A stretch of 62,516 nucleotides of DNA, the filler included. It is 4 parts of 4 records of this genome, joined end to end, with 100 filler letters (N's around TTAATTAATTAA, not from the genome) between each part and the next. Parts side by side here need not be neighbours in the genome. Positions count along the whole stretch, not along the records: positions 1 to 23,159 come from DRR378314_2182; positions 23,260 to 36,625 come from DRR378314_2183; 2 more parts are not named here. One strand, written 5' to 3'. A model generated the notes under the pieces. It did not search any database. It saw only the letters and a program-made list of their open reading frames with translations, and was not told where the DNA came from. Positions 10,827 to 24,184 of this stretch are shown here, piece by piece; the first letter of the stretch is position 1, and every line of letters begins with the position of its first letter. The position numbers and the translations under genes were made by a program.

Positions 10827-13800
10827 ATGGAGCATCAAGCGCGGAAGCTGCCGCAGCTCAAGTTTTCCGAGGTCATCACAAAGGAGTCGTACAACCAATT
10901 CGCGCAGAACCTCACCGATGATCTACTTTTCCAGGCCTTTGCCGATGAAGGTTCGTATGTACTGCCCTATGCTTTGTTTTCACTTTCACTTGTATGTGTT
11001 GCACTGGAGGGATGGTTATTTGCTGTGGACGGCGTGCCGTGCTCCGTCAGGTCTGTCTCGGTGTGTCGGAAGCCTCTGGCAGAGACCAGGGCGCATGGCT
11101 GCCTGAGCGCCGCTGTCCGGATAACTGACACTGTGTGCTCGTTCTGGCAGGGAGGAAAGCGAAACCCCCGCACCGCCCGCGTACTCGCGCACTCCGGCTG
11201 GTTCGTGTGCTTGCTCCCTCGCAATACCCTGCGACCGGAAGCGTCTCGCAGAGGCCGCGAGTTTTCCCTCATATTTCTTGATATAGAGCAGCAATCGAAA
11301 GTGCATCCATTTAAAATGATCCCGGTCGATGGTAGCAACTGCCTGGCGCGGTTGGATAGTACGGTAGATGGCGCGCGTGCGGGCGCTGCTGCTGCGCTGC
11401 CAGCGCCGACGGGACGGGACGGCCGCACCGCGCGGCACGCACAGGGACGCACCGCGGTGCGTATCGCGGTGCCTGCACAACGCCCTCGCATGCCATGAAG
11501 CGGTGGAATTAATCGTGTGAGGGTGGTGCATTCTTTGTTGCACGAGAGAGAGTCGGTAGCGGGTGGTTGTGGCAGCAAGTCGCGGAGCGTCTTGCACGCG
11601 CGCGCCGTTGTGCTTGCGCGGTGCGCGCGGCGGCGTGCCACTGGTGACCGGCTGCGTTTGCGCGCGGCGGCGTCGGTGCTGCTTCGGTCGTTCAGCTTGC
11701 CTCCGCGCGTGAACCGCAACGAACGCCGCCGCACCCTTCTGCACGGCGCACGTGTAAAGCGTAACTTATAACAGCAGACAGTCATTCACACACGTCATTC
11801 TGTGATGTGCTGAGTAGGGACTCGTGAGTGGGTGCTTGCTGTCCCGCGTCGGCGTGTTGCTGCTGCCTGCACCCGGGACGATGTTGTGCGCTCCCCGTCG
11901 CGCTTGCCGCAGGAGAAAAAGAAAAAGGGGGAAACGGCCGCGCGAGTTACTGCACCTATGACGCGCAGAATATACACAGCGCATCAACTGTACCTTTTCC
12001 TTTCTGCTGCTGCGGTGATGTTGCACAGTTGCCAGTGTTGCTACGACCGCGTTCGCAGAGCGCGTGCGTGCTTCACTTCGGCGCTCTGCCACTCACCGCG
12101 ACGAGCGCACGTGGCTCCCGTGTCGTTGCTTCTGTGTGCGCGGAACGCAGGCTGGATCCCCTTTGACGAAATGGACGGACCAATCAAACGCTTTCGCGGT
12201 TTCAAGGCGCATTTCCACAATCGTGACCCGGAGACCGGTGACTACGGGTTCCGAATGAAGTGTGTATTCCGCCTGGTAGGCGATTGCACGATCAAAGACG
12301 TTCTTGCGCTGATGTGGTCGCTGCGTCGCTGGAAGGAATGGAATCCAGCTGTGCTGAACGTACGCTTCGTGCCCGATGGCGGTTGTAGTGTCCCCACAAT
12401 CGCTAGTGATGTGCTTGCAGAGCGTAGAGGCCCGTTTGTGGGTATCCCCGTGTCATGTGGCCCGCGTGCTTGTTCCGTGCACTTGCCGTATCGCCACACG
12501 GTCGTTGCGAGGTTACCGCACCAGCGCTGCACCGCGCCTCAGATCCAACGCCGAGCCCTGTCGGAGACCCTGACCCGGCCATGTGCACATAAGAAAATTC
12601 GCACTTTTGCAAGCGGAGTGAGAGATACATTTTTGTCGACACGTATGAATCTATATTTGTAACGTTTGACTTCGAGGTTCGTTGCGCTGCGGTACGCTCC
12701 GCTGTGTTCAGGCGTACCCGATGGAAGAATTCGACGTCACATCGCAGGTCCTGCATTGCGCCTTTGGTCACCCGATCCGAATTCTGAATATTGACGATCG
12801 CGACTTTACCCTATTCCGCTGTCACCGCAAAGTACACGGAAAGAAAGGTACGCGAGGGTCTGTGCGCAGCGTGCTCGGCTTCTGGTCGCATTCCGCCGGC
12901 GCGCGGTGCCTAGTACCACAGAGCAGCGACCTCTCCACGCTCCCCGTGACCGCCGCGGCGCGCATTGCAACTGCCTCCGCATAGTCCCCGCATTCTTTTA
13001 TTGGGTAGTTGCACGGTGTGGTGGTGTGATCGGCGTGCTGCAGCGGGGAAGCGCTCGAGCGCTTGTCGATGTGCTGTGCGTGGCCTGACGGACTGTGTGA
13101 TTCGGGTGGGCGCCTGCTCTCCCCTGCGCTGGCGTAGGCGATACGCATGTGATTGCGATGCGGAGTGTCGACCATCCGGATAGTCTGGAGACGAATACGT
13201 GCACTCGAGGACACATGTTCACCTCGGGCTTCGTGATCAAGGAGCGGGGACCGGCGTCAGACCTGAACCGATCCGATAGTTTTATGCAAGGGCTGCTTGG
13301 AAGCGCCGTGCAAAGCGGTGCGTATGACAGCCGCCGCGGCATCGCGTTTCAGAAAATGCAATGCGCTCGCGGAAGCGCTACTCGTTCCCGTTCACACCCC
13401 GCTGCGTTGTTCGCGTGCGTGTCTGGAACGAGGCAAGCGCGGTACGGCGCTGCGCGTACGTCTGACGCCATGGTCCGTGGTTGGTTCTGCGCTGTGGGCG
13501 ATGCTGGTACCTTGCCGTTATCGCGCAGACAACGACGATGAATACGAAAAGAAGAAGCGTGCTGGCATTCTCAAATTCAAGAAGAAGAAGAACAAGAACC
13601 AGTTTGATGTCTGCATGGTGACGCAGGTGCGTGCGTGCATGCGAGCTTCCTGTGCTCGCGTACCCGCGCGACCGGGTCACCATTGAGGTGCCGTCGCCAT
13701 GGTTTTCGTACAGCCCGGCAGAAGCTGGTCGGTAGATCGCCGCGGCAGGCGGGGCGCATGCGCAGCGCGTACGAGGCGCCGGGACAGTGAAAGCGCGCGC

Positions 13801-16800
13801 GCAGGCTCGGTGCCGCTGCCGGCACGATCGCACTGCAGCGACTCCGCCACGCTCACGCGATCACCGATACCGCTGCGAATGCCCGGGAACAGGTACTGGT
13901 TCGCGGCACGATCCCCAAAGTGTTTTTGGACCCCATGCTTGTATCGTACACAACCGAGGCTGCGGAACGACTGATGAAGCGCGTGGCGCGCAAGAACATT
14001 GTGGGAAAAGCCGCGGCAGAGTTCGGATCGATGCGTTCGATGTTCGAGGCTGGCGTGATGACGGAAACCACAGCAGAGGTACGCGTGTACTCCGGCGCGG
14101 GCGCTGCTGGGGAGCGCTGGCCTCGCTCGGACACTGCGTTGCGCTCTTCATGCAAGTATGTTGTGTGCCACACGGGCCTTGCGCATCGGTTCCCGGTCGA
14201 CTGCGTGTGCGTGTAACTGTGTGCGTGCGGGTGTATGTGTTGCGTTGTGCCGGTGCGTGCAGTACCTCGGCATCAATGACGACGTGGAAGGCGAAGAGCC
14301 GCGCATAGAGAAAGACACGCGGCAGCTCAAGACGTGGCTGCGAGAAGGATCGCGCAAGGAGCGCAAGGCGCCCACAGCGATTGCGCAGGCAGTCCTTGAG
14401 GTAGAGGACACAAGTACGGTGGCGGAAACGATACACACGCTCTCAGATCCGCTTCTGCATGTCCCGGACCCGATGGGAGTGAAGCCGCCCGAGCGCGAGG
14501 GTCGCGACTCCGAGTGGGTGGACAAGTACTTCGACGGCGGCGACGAGCTGAAGCTGCACGATGGCGACGAGGAAGGCGATGACGACGAGGACGAGCACCT
14601 CGGCCTGAAGAAGAGGCAGTTGGAGCGGCGGAAGAGTCTGATCGACCGCATGATGGCGAAGGAGCTCGCTGCGGATCCGACAAACCTCCGCCCGTACCGC
14701 AGCAAGAAAGAGAACCAGTGGGTCCGAGGATTCTTCGGCGTCGATCAGTCTGCGGGACCCTCCGTGTCGCTGCGCAATCTCACGAAAACCGGATCGACGC
14801 TGCGTGGCATCTTCGAGGCTTCCAAGCGCGGAGAGCATGATGACGATAGCGGGGACGAGGACGGCAAGGGCGATGGAGACGCAAGGGTACGTGGGGCGCG
14901 CCGCGCGAACCGTCCCATGTGGCGCTCATCCGTACGCCGTGTCTGTGCTAGCGCGCGAGGTTGACGGGTACACGAGCGTTGCGCTCGGCAGCGACTTCGA
15001 GCGTGGCGTGGAGCGTGGGTGCGCGCGACGGCGCTCCGGCCGGCCGCTCCCTTCGCGCTGCACAGAGTGGTGCGGGAAAGAGTCGCATCGCTCACACGAC
15101 CATTCTTCTCCATACCTTGCACCTGCGTGTATGTACGTGCGTGTGTGTCATTGCAGCGAAACCGCGCGCGCGGTCGCGATACCGGGACGTCGAGCAGCAC
15201 GTTTATGCTGAAGCGTCTGGGAACAGTGAGCAGTAAGTACGGGTCACTGGACATGGGAGACGACGACGACGACGGTGATGACCGTGACGGTGATAGCGCC
15301 ATCAAAGATGCCGAGAAACGCTTGCGCGAAGGCAAGTTGGGCCCTGTGCCGTTCTCAAACGACGACAGCGACAGCGATGACGGCGAATCAAACATCAGCG
15401 AGCGTGCGCGTCGTCGCCGCGCAGCGGGCGGTCGCTCGTCAGGGCTGGCGATGATGCGTCTTGGAACGGTGGACTCGCGCGTCATGGGGAAGCTGGTCGA
15501 GGAGTCGAATACGCTGAACACCTCTGTACCCACACAGCGCCAGAGCGGCGCGGTAATCACGCGCGGTGCCGTTACCGATGACAGTGAAGACGATGGCGGG
15601 CGCGAAGACTCGGAGAGCGGGGCGGAGTCGGAGGGCAGTCGAGGACGCAGGGTACGACGCTGGACGCTCCGTGTCTACAGCGCGCTCGCCCTGTCCTATT
15701 TTGTGTGCCGCTCATCATTCCTGATTCTGCAGGTGTACCGTGCAGGCGCAGAACAAATGCGAGTGCCATGCTGACTCCCCGTGAGGGGGGTTGCTCCGTT
15801 CGTTGTTATTGCGATGCTGCGTGTATGGGTACCGTGCTTCATAGGGCCGCTCTCGTGCATTTGTCCCAAACGGCACGCACTCGCCTTGTGCGTATGTGCT
15901 AGTGCTCTGCATGCACGTAATGCACGTTAGACGTGCAGCTAGCGTCGTTAGGAATAGGGTACATCTCTCTCCGCGGACACGCTGTGTAGCGGAACGCCCT
16001 GCTCGTCCTATTGGTGGTGCGCTACGGTATTCCTTGCTTCGCTGAGCAAGGGAGGATCGCGCTTGTGATGTGTGTGGCTTATGTGCCATGGACGTGAAGA
16101 TGAGCAAAGTGAGGAAACGTAGCGCTGCGCGTTTGCATCCCTTTCTCTGCGCGCACTGACGGATGCGAGGGACGGCTTTTGCAATGTGTCTCATGCGACG
16201 GTTAACCGTTTGTCGGCGCACTGTTGCTGCGGCTGCTCGCGTGCTCGCGCAGAGACGCCGTCGCGCGAATACTGGCCGCGCGACAATGATGATGAAGCGC
16301 CTTGGCACGATGACACCCGCGGCTATGACGAGTGCAGCCTTGGCAGGCGACAAGGGAGAAGCTGGGGGCGGCAGCGGCGGCGGTGCGGATCAGGCCCGCG
16401 AGGAACGGAAGCGCGCGTGGATGCAGGCGCTTCGTGGCGATGACGGCGACGACGACGAAGAACTCGAGGAGAACAGTCGGCAGACGCGCGAGAGTGTGCT
16501 TCGAAACTCGCTCCCGACCATCAACTGGTCGGCGATGCCAGCGAACGGCGGTGCATCGCAAGGTTCCGGTTCAGGCGAGGGGTCGTGGGCGAACAAGACG
16601 TTTGCGGGTAGTGACGGTGCGGGCGCGGGCACGGGAGGAAGCGGCGCTGGAAGCTGGGTGGACCGCTCGGTACGTACCGATGACGAGCTGCGCGCCTGAT
16701 GTGCGGTGCGGTGGGAGCGTGTGTGATGATTTGCGTGCGCATATGCGTTCCGTGCTCGCGTGCGTGCGTGCGCTCGCACTCCTGCGCGCGGTTTCCTCTT

Positions 16801-17919
16801 GCAGCTCCTCTCCTGTTTCGCGCATTCGTGCACGCCGTAGAGTAGCGCTGTGCACAATGCCATGTGTATGCGCGTGCGCAGTGCCATGTTAGTCGGATGT
16901 GTTAATCGCTGTGAAGGTACAGTGTCGTCGCTGCCGCACGTGCCACGAGTAGCACACGCGGCAGCGACAAGCCGTACATTACTCTTCGTGTTCGCGTTGG
17001 TATGCGCGAGAGTGCTGATGTGAATTTATGTTCTCGGTACGTGTGCAGTTTGCCGGCAAGGACGGGTCGGGTGCGACACAGGAATGGGTTAATGTACGTT
17101 CTGACGATGCGTGTGCACCCTCCGTCGTGTCTCGCCGCGTGCAGTTTATGCGGTGGCTGTCATGTGGTTGCCATGTGGTGGCGTGGAGCGCCGATCGCGA
17201 CGCGGCACGCTGGAACAACAGCAGCACAAGTGTAGGATGGGCAGACGCGCTGGCACGACGCGCAAGCTGAGGTGCAAAGTCGATGGCGAATGTGCGACTA
17301 ATCCCGCTGTTGCACTTGTGTTGGATTGTGTTCTGCGACGCCCGATTGATTGACTTGCAGAATAAGCTTGACGGCCAGGGCGAGCAGGGCAGTGACTCCA
17401 CGTGGGCCGAAGGTTCGGGCGAAAGCGGCAGCAAACTGAGCGAAGACGAGAGGAAGCAAGGTGCGACGTTCACAGTCTTCGCACGGTCGCCCCTATTCGC
17501 GATCGCCGCGCGTAGCCCGCGCAGTTGCTATCGTTCGGTATATCTCTACTGCTTCGTTACAACGTGCAGTTCGTTCAGTTGTGTAGTCTGTGGCTAGTGT
17601 TTGCGTGTTGTCTCGTGCTCTCCTGTTTTCCTCCCCGTTGTCGCTGGTACAGTCCCCGCTTGCGTTTCGGCCGGCGTTGTGTGCCGCTCTGCTCTGGCTA
17701 GGAAAGATTTCAGTAGTCATCGAGCATGCGTGGTTGAGTTCCGTGTATTATTAATTTTTCCAACGTTTCGCTTCGTTCTTTCTCTCCACTTCTATGTATG
17801 GCGCAGCATTGGCTTCATTCATGTCGAAGCAACGGTCGCTGAAGGACCTGGTCGGCTCCACGCAAATGCGGTTTGCCGCTGGGATGGCCAAGGCCGTGAA
17901 GCAGAACGCTGAAGAATGA
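10827..17919 (+). CDS. START (lipid-binding) domain protein with long low-complexity C-terminal tail, 12 exons, about 908 aa
   Basis: Phase-consistent GT-AG exons: 10827-10950, 12151-12359, 12712-12847, 13138-13317, 13529-13626, 13893-14078, 14263-14886, 15157-15651, 16253-16669, 17049-17093, 17361-17460, 17807-17919 (TGA). START motifs: RRWKEWNP, DDRDFTLFR, RSVDHP...RGHMFTSGFVI, GTIPKVFLD. An additional upstream exon cannot be excluded. Confidence 0.8.
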
Positions 17920-20301
17920 GGAGCTCTGCCTTTTCGCTCCTAGTTTCCTGGGGCATTGCAGCGCTCTGCTCTGTCATTCTATGCGTGCGTACGTGTGCGT
18001 CTCTATCTCTCTCTCTGTGTGTGCGTTTGTGCTCGCTAGTACGTATTCCGGGAAGCGCGGGGGTTTCGTGTTCTTGTGCAGCCGTTGGCGCTCCGACGGT
18101 CGCTGCGCCCCTGCCGAATCTCTATTTGCGTTCCGCCCCGTGGCGTGCTCTGGCGCGCCTCATTGCTACCTCGCACGCTCTTGAATTCTTGTCGCGGGAC
18201 AAAGTTTGTATTTCGTATGCCAGTGCTTTTCTGTCTTCGCTCTGCTCGTGAGTCTAGCTCGTTGTGCTGGGCTGGAGGCTGGAGGAAGTAAGCAAGGAAA
18301 GCTGGGAATACATGCGAGAACCAACTTCCGCTGCGCTTCCCGGTCGTTGTGTAGGGTTTATGGCCACGGATAGAACACGCATGCACCGATTGTATCCCAT
18401 ATTCAGTTTCGATGCGAATCGGGTATTCTAGGAAAGTTCACTTCCTCTTTCGCGGTGCCTGCGGCGGCCGCGGTGCGTGCTGGGGCGAGCGAGGCACCGC
18501 AGCGGCCAGAACCGGGTTCTTCACGCGAGAGGCAAGCAGGTCTCCCGTACGACGTACGCTATACTGTGATGGAAGGCACTTCGCAGCCGCAGCAAGCAGA
18601 GAAAACTGCAGATGCTGCCGCTCCGGTGGTATCGGTATGTTCTCGACGTACTTATGCGAACCATTATCATCCGCTATATGCGAGTCGGTAACGCGGCCCA
18701 ATGTCAGCGGGGACATCCTTGTGGCGCACGCAAGTGGGCACCCGTCTGCGCTACGTTTGCTGTTTGGCTGCTTTCTTTTCGCGCTCGCGCATTCCCCATG
18801 CATTCTCTTGTTGCATCGTATGAATCGCAGTGATCACCCTTTGGTGTTATCCTAGCGCGGCTTTGTGTGCTGAGATCTCTGTACTATCCCAGAAAGGCAC
18901 ATGGGTAGTACGTGCTCGGTCTATCCTTGGGTTGCGCTGGCCTTCCGTTGCGCCGAGCATAAGCAGTGCGGCACTTCTGTCGGCGGTCATGTCGAAATTG
19001 CAGAGCACTGTGGGCGGAATTTTTGCTGCCAGCGTATATCAGGCCCATTCCAGCGATAAAGCAGCATATTATGTAGTCGTAATTCTCGTGTTTGGGGTCC
19101 TTTTGCTATTCTCACACGCGGTTTCTCTCCGGATAGCGTGGCACGCGTCGCGTGGCTCGTAGGTGACAGTGGCGCTCTGCAGGCGCCGGCGGTCGCAGTT
19201 GGATTGTGCTTGGCAAATGATTCCGAGTAGTCTAGCGCTACGTTCCGCTGGTATAGTTGACGTAGGCGGATGGCGTGCTCCGTGCTCCCTGTGCACCGCG
19301 TGCACGCAACAGCAACCCGGACCCCGCGCGGGACGCACGCGCGGCGCTGTTTGCCGGCGCATTCCGTTGCGGCCACTTGCCGCTGTGATGTGCCTTTTGA
19401 AAGGGAATTATGTGGATTGGTATTGCTCTGTCAGTGCAGCGGTGGAATGGGACGCAGGTTTTTCTTGTTGGGCTCTTACTGGGGACGGAGGTAGAGCGCG
19501 TGTGTGCTCTCGTGCGGGCGCGGTTCGCTTGCGCGGGGCGCACGCTCGCTTCCTGGCGCCCGCACCCACGCCCGTGCCACAGCACATTTCGCACGTGCGC
19601 CTTTGCTAGCCGTAGAGACAGTGTGGATGCGACCGCAGCGTAAGGTATTGCACGGAACCCTTGATTTTTTGTTAATGAAGATTGTTCGGCACGTAGCTTG
19701 TGCAGCGAGCGCGAGCCGGCTCCGTGCAAGCCGTTTGTGCTCGTATGCCCCTCAGCTGCGTCTCCGCCGCGCGTGCGCTACGAGGGACCCCGCGGTGCCG
19801 TGCGTGGGTCCCTCGTAGCGCACGCGCAGGCGCGCAGGCCCGGCAGCACATAGATGGCAAAGCCTTAGTATCTCGCAGTGTTCCCAGTTTGTACGAAAGA
19901 ATGGGAACAGGAAGCTCGCGGGCAAATGCGCGGCCAACGCGGCGTGGGGGTTTGTGCGCGCGTTGGTGTGACTTTGGTCGCGCCTACGGCGTTGGGAGCT
20001 GGGCGAGCTTTTTTGCACACTCGCGGCTCTACGCGTACGCTGCCACGCCGCAGCCTCCGCTCCTGTTGGCTGCGTCCGCACAGTAGTGAGTCGTTCCCCA
20101 TGTTAATGTAATAATGCAATAGTTTGATTACATATATAGTGAAGAGACTTGTTATGGAGTGCATTGTGCCAATTGATGATCGAGAAGACGCTCCGGAGTA
20201 GAAACGCACGGGACTGATATAGCACACGGTCGGCTATGCCGAAGAGACCTTGCGCGCTGATAAGCTCTCGTGCTGACTCTGGTGCGGTTGCGTCTGTGTA
20301 G

Positions 20302-21450
20302 GAGGGACAAAGCGCTGATGCTGCAGCTGCACCCAGCGGCAATGTGAGCGCTATGCCGGCTCGTGGCGGTGGAGGGAACAAGTACGGGGGAATGAAGGCT
20401 AAAGATGGACAGAAACTTGCCGCTCAGCGGCATTTGCGGCAAAAGGTTCGTCACGTTGGCTCGTGTTGCGCATAGGCTGCTGCGCGACGTCGCTACGAAA
20501 GTGGTTTCCGCAGCTCTTGTGCTCAGCATTTTCATCGACATTTTTTTTCGAGTCTCCAGATGTTCAACGTCATTGGAGGGCGCGTGAGTGAGTGGTTGAG
20601 CGAATGCGTGCGCTTGCGCTTGACGGAGGAGGAGGAGAGCGTGTAATAGTGCCGGAGGTTCTTGGATTTTGCTCTGGAGATTTTTGTGGATCAGTTTCTC
20701 CACCGTATGGGTGTTGTGTGCGCGCGCACAATGTGGGATCACCCTGTGTGCGTAAGCATGTCGTTACGCATGTGTAGCGATCGGGTCGCATCACGAATAT
20801 GGGCGCCGTTTGCACGCTTGTATATCCGTAGCTGAACGCTGCGATGCGGGTCGTTGCAACACCTGAAGACGTGTTGTTGGGATACGCTTCACCCTCGCTG
20901 AATGAATCGCAGTGTGCAGCTGGACGTGTGCGCACGTTTGCGTATCGGAGGAAGTCCTGGCGCCTCACACGGCAGATTGTGATTTGCCTCTGCAGTCTTG
21001 CGCGATATCTCCGTAACATTTCCGCTCCGACTTGATATGTGCATGTTATTCGTTGCAGGGCCAGCGGTTCGATTCTGGCGAGTACTTCATGCAGAAAACT
21101 AGCGTGGGATCTTGCTCGAATCTCCGACCAGTCGGAAAGGTGGAGGATCTCACGTGCGTTGATTTCTGTGTTGTTGCAGTTGTTTGGGCTGGCACAAGTT
21201 CGTATTGCGTCCGTTTTGAGAATTGTTGGTCTACCTTAGCGCTGCGGTGTGCTTGCTTTCTTCTTGCGCGTCCAGTGCGCGTTCACGGACGCGCTGGGAA
21301 AAGTGGGGATCTGTGCTCCGCTGGTGGTTTGTTGGGCATGGGCGTGCTCGTGCTACGTAGCAAGCGAAGTGCGGTGTTTGCGCATGGTTGATCCCTGGGT
21401 ATCGCATGTTGTTGTTTGTCTCTCTCTGCAGGAATAATCCCAAGGAGTAA
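20302..21450 (+). CDS. Endosulfine/ARPP19/Igo1-family PP2A-B55 inhibitor
   Basis: Exons 20302-20445, 21059-21153, 21432-21450 (TAA) splice to ...GNKYGGMKAKDGQKLAAQRHLRQK|GQRFDSGEYFMQK...VEDLT|NNPKE*, matching the family KYG...KGQxxFDSGDY core. Start is either ATG 20353 or an unidentified upstream exon. Confidence 0.85.
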
Positions 21451-23159
21451 TGAACCTCACCATGCGAATCGCTGCGGTGTACATTCCATGTTTCTCTATG
21501 TCAGTTTTGCTTGGCTCGCGGTCCTTTTTGGCGATCTTGTTCCGTGGGGTCTTTGTGTTTGCGTTTGTCTCAGGCAGTGTGCTTGGAATGCGCATTTCGT
21601 TTGAGAAGCTCGTGGTTTGTGTTACAATAAACGCAAAAACCTGTTTCGTATAGCAGCCAGAGTGCCTGACACACAAACCTGTTGTTTGTTTTCGTTTTGC
21701 AACCAACCGATACCCTCTGCGTTGGCCGCGTTCAGTTGCTGGAAGCTGTGCGTGAAGTCTTTGCACTACTGTACCAGCGTCTCATTCGCTGGCTGCTTGT
21801 TCGCGCGTCCATTCTCTCTGTGAGCAAGCCTTTAGTTCGTTGTGCATATCCCATGTCGTTGGGATTGTAGCACGAGCGGTCGAGTTGCCGACTTGCGACC
21901 ATGAGGAAGTGTAGGCGTGCAGTCGTGCGAAGGTCGCAGCGTAGGGTCGTTCCTTGCGACTGCACGCCCACCTGGTCTGGAAGGAGTCTAGTTGACGCCG
22001 TGTACAATCCTCGCAGATTCCCCTCAAATGCCCGCCTGTACTCGAGCGACTTTCTTGCGCTAAATTCGGTTTTCATTCTCTTTTTTTTTTGAGAAAGAGA
22101 TTACTTGCATCACTTTAAGGGCTCTAGTATTTTGCAGCCCGGGCACTGCGGCACCCTCCCTCATGCACCTCGCGAGCACGACGCACGTGCCACCGCGGCA
22201 ACGGCTGCAGCGTCGCACCAAGGCCCACGCACGCGGAAGAACGCGTGCGCGAACGCATTACTCGTTCGAGGGCGCCTCCTATGTGACTGGAACGTGCGAC
22301 GCACACGGAGCACAGCAAATTCATATACACGTAGCAGCAGCCTATTTTAAGACGATTTTGCAAGCGATAGGGCCTTTGTGCCTTACGTGGTGGCGCGGGT
22401 CGCGCTCTGGCAGGCGACACCACCATGGGTTCTTGCGCGGGAAGACGAGCGGGGTTCAACCCCGTGGTCAGGATGTTGCGGCATAGGTGACAATCGCGTG
22501 CTTGCGCAGCACGGGCGCATTTATTCATGGTTATGTGAGACAGATTTGGAGATCACGCTGTCATGGAGTGGATCCTGCTGTATGTCCATTTGACATTGCT
22601 TTCGTCGCCGATTCTTGCCGGCGCCGTTTAGCAACGCGTTGCGCGTTACTCGTGGCTCCGATGTGCGAGCGAGTTTGCTGCGCTCCGTGCGCCGAGATGA
22701 GCGAGGACGGAGCTCGTGGCAAAGAACAGGACTGGCGCAGTTGCAGAGAGAAGAAGAAAGAAACATGCACTGGCACCGCATCCTTTTGCGTAAATCACTT
22801 ACTCAGACGAATTCTTTTGTAACGGAGAAGCACAGTATCTGCACAAGCACAGCTCTCTGAATATCGGTTTCGGGTGGGATCTTCTGTTGCGGCAGGGTGC
22901 GAAGGAGTTTGCCACAAGATGGAAACGCAGCAGCGCGAGAAATGGACATGCGAGAATCTACTGAGCATACGAAGCCGCCGCCTCATTGCTCAGGGGAGGA
23001 CCACAACTTCTACTTACTTGATTTCTTTTGGATAATTACTATCTTTGATCATGCAAAGGCTGCGGGGTCTCTGGCGCCAGAAAAGGCCGGTACGCCTATT
23101 TTCCGCGCTGTGCTCGGGTGGAAGGGTCGCTAGGAGTGATTTCCCGAAAAAAGTTACCC

Positions 23160-23259
23160 NNNNNNNNNNNNNNNNNNNNNNNNNNNNNNNNNNNNNNNNN
23201 NNNTTAATTAATTAANNNNNNNNNNNNNNNNNNNNNNNNNNNNNNNNNNNNNNNNNNNN
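23160..23259. other. Artificial contig linker
   Basis: 44 N + TTAATTAATTAA (stops in all six frames) + 44 N. Confidence 0.99.
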
Positions 23260-24184
23260 TTTGGTCTGATCTCCGAAAAGTTTTGCGACACTCAACGCAG
23301 GACAGGCTACGACAGTCAAGGTGTAGTTACATGGGGTTCGTGGTTTGTCCGCAATAAAGGAGGATTGCTCACCTTTCGGTGCCGTCAGCGACCCGAGTCG
23401 GCGAACGCCTTCGGCTCCAGCCAACGTATATGTGCCCGCGGCGGAAACCAGCCTGCCTACTCTCAAGCATTGCGAGCTTGAAATGACAAGACCACATACT
23501 TCCTTCACAGCCGCAGCAATGTATCTCAGTCAGTAAAGCAAAATACGTAAAAAAAAGTGTGAGAGATTCCCAGTGGATCCCAAGGCAGCGCGCAGGAGAG
23601 TACGTTGCGCCGGCCACAACCAAGCCGGACGATGCGCTGTTCTCCTTGCAGCGAACTGCAAGCAGCGGATTTGCGAACCCGACCAACGCAACGGAGCAGG
23701 CATGCACGCTGGTATCGTAAAGAGCCTAACATTTATTGCCCTTGCTACCGTTGCACTGAGGAGCACAAACTCGTCGTCCCCCAAACCCAGAGATCAATTT
23801 GGTTGGGTAACAATGAAGGTGCCTAACCGCGCGTGCGCCGCACCAGCCGGAGCGTTTGCGCACGCACGGTCACACAGGGAACCCGTCTGTCCTTGATGCA
23901 GCGCGCTTGTATTCCGTGCCCGCATTGCAACGGACACAAGCTGCCTGTGCGCGAGCTGCACGGCGGGTTTCGCCGCGCCTGGGCACAAATGCTCGCGCGT
24001 TTCGATACTCGAGCACCTCTTCATCCGCGCCCAATAACCCATAGAGCCAACATATGCCGCTCACGGACAGAAACAAGTCCAAGCGCATATGCTGAGCGAG
24101 GTTTCGCAATGCGCGACGCGCGGTCGCCTAAATACACAGGCACGACGAAGGGCAGTGCCCGCACGTCTGTTGGGCGCGCGCTCG

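Noticed and set aside
23204-23215. TTAATTAATTAA palindrome repeated three times in the window
   Set aside because: Always centred in identical N-runs; a synthetic six-frame stop linker, not a biological repeat or CtrA site.
23260-23900. Open minus-strand frame running into the gap
   Set aside because: Could be an exon, but there is no identifiable motif.
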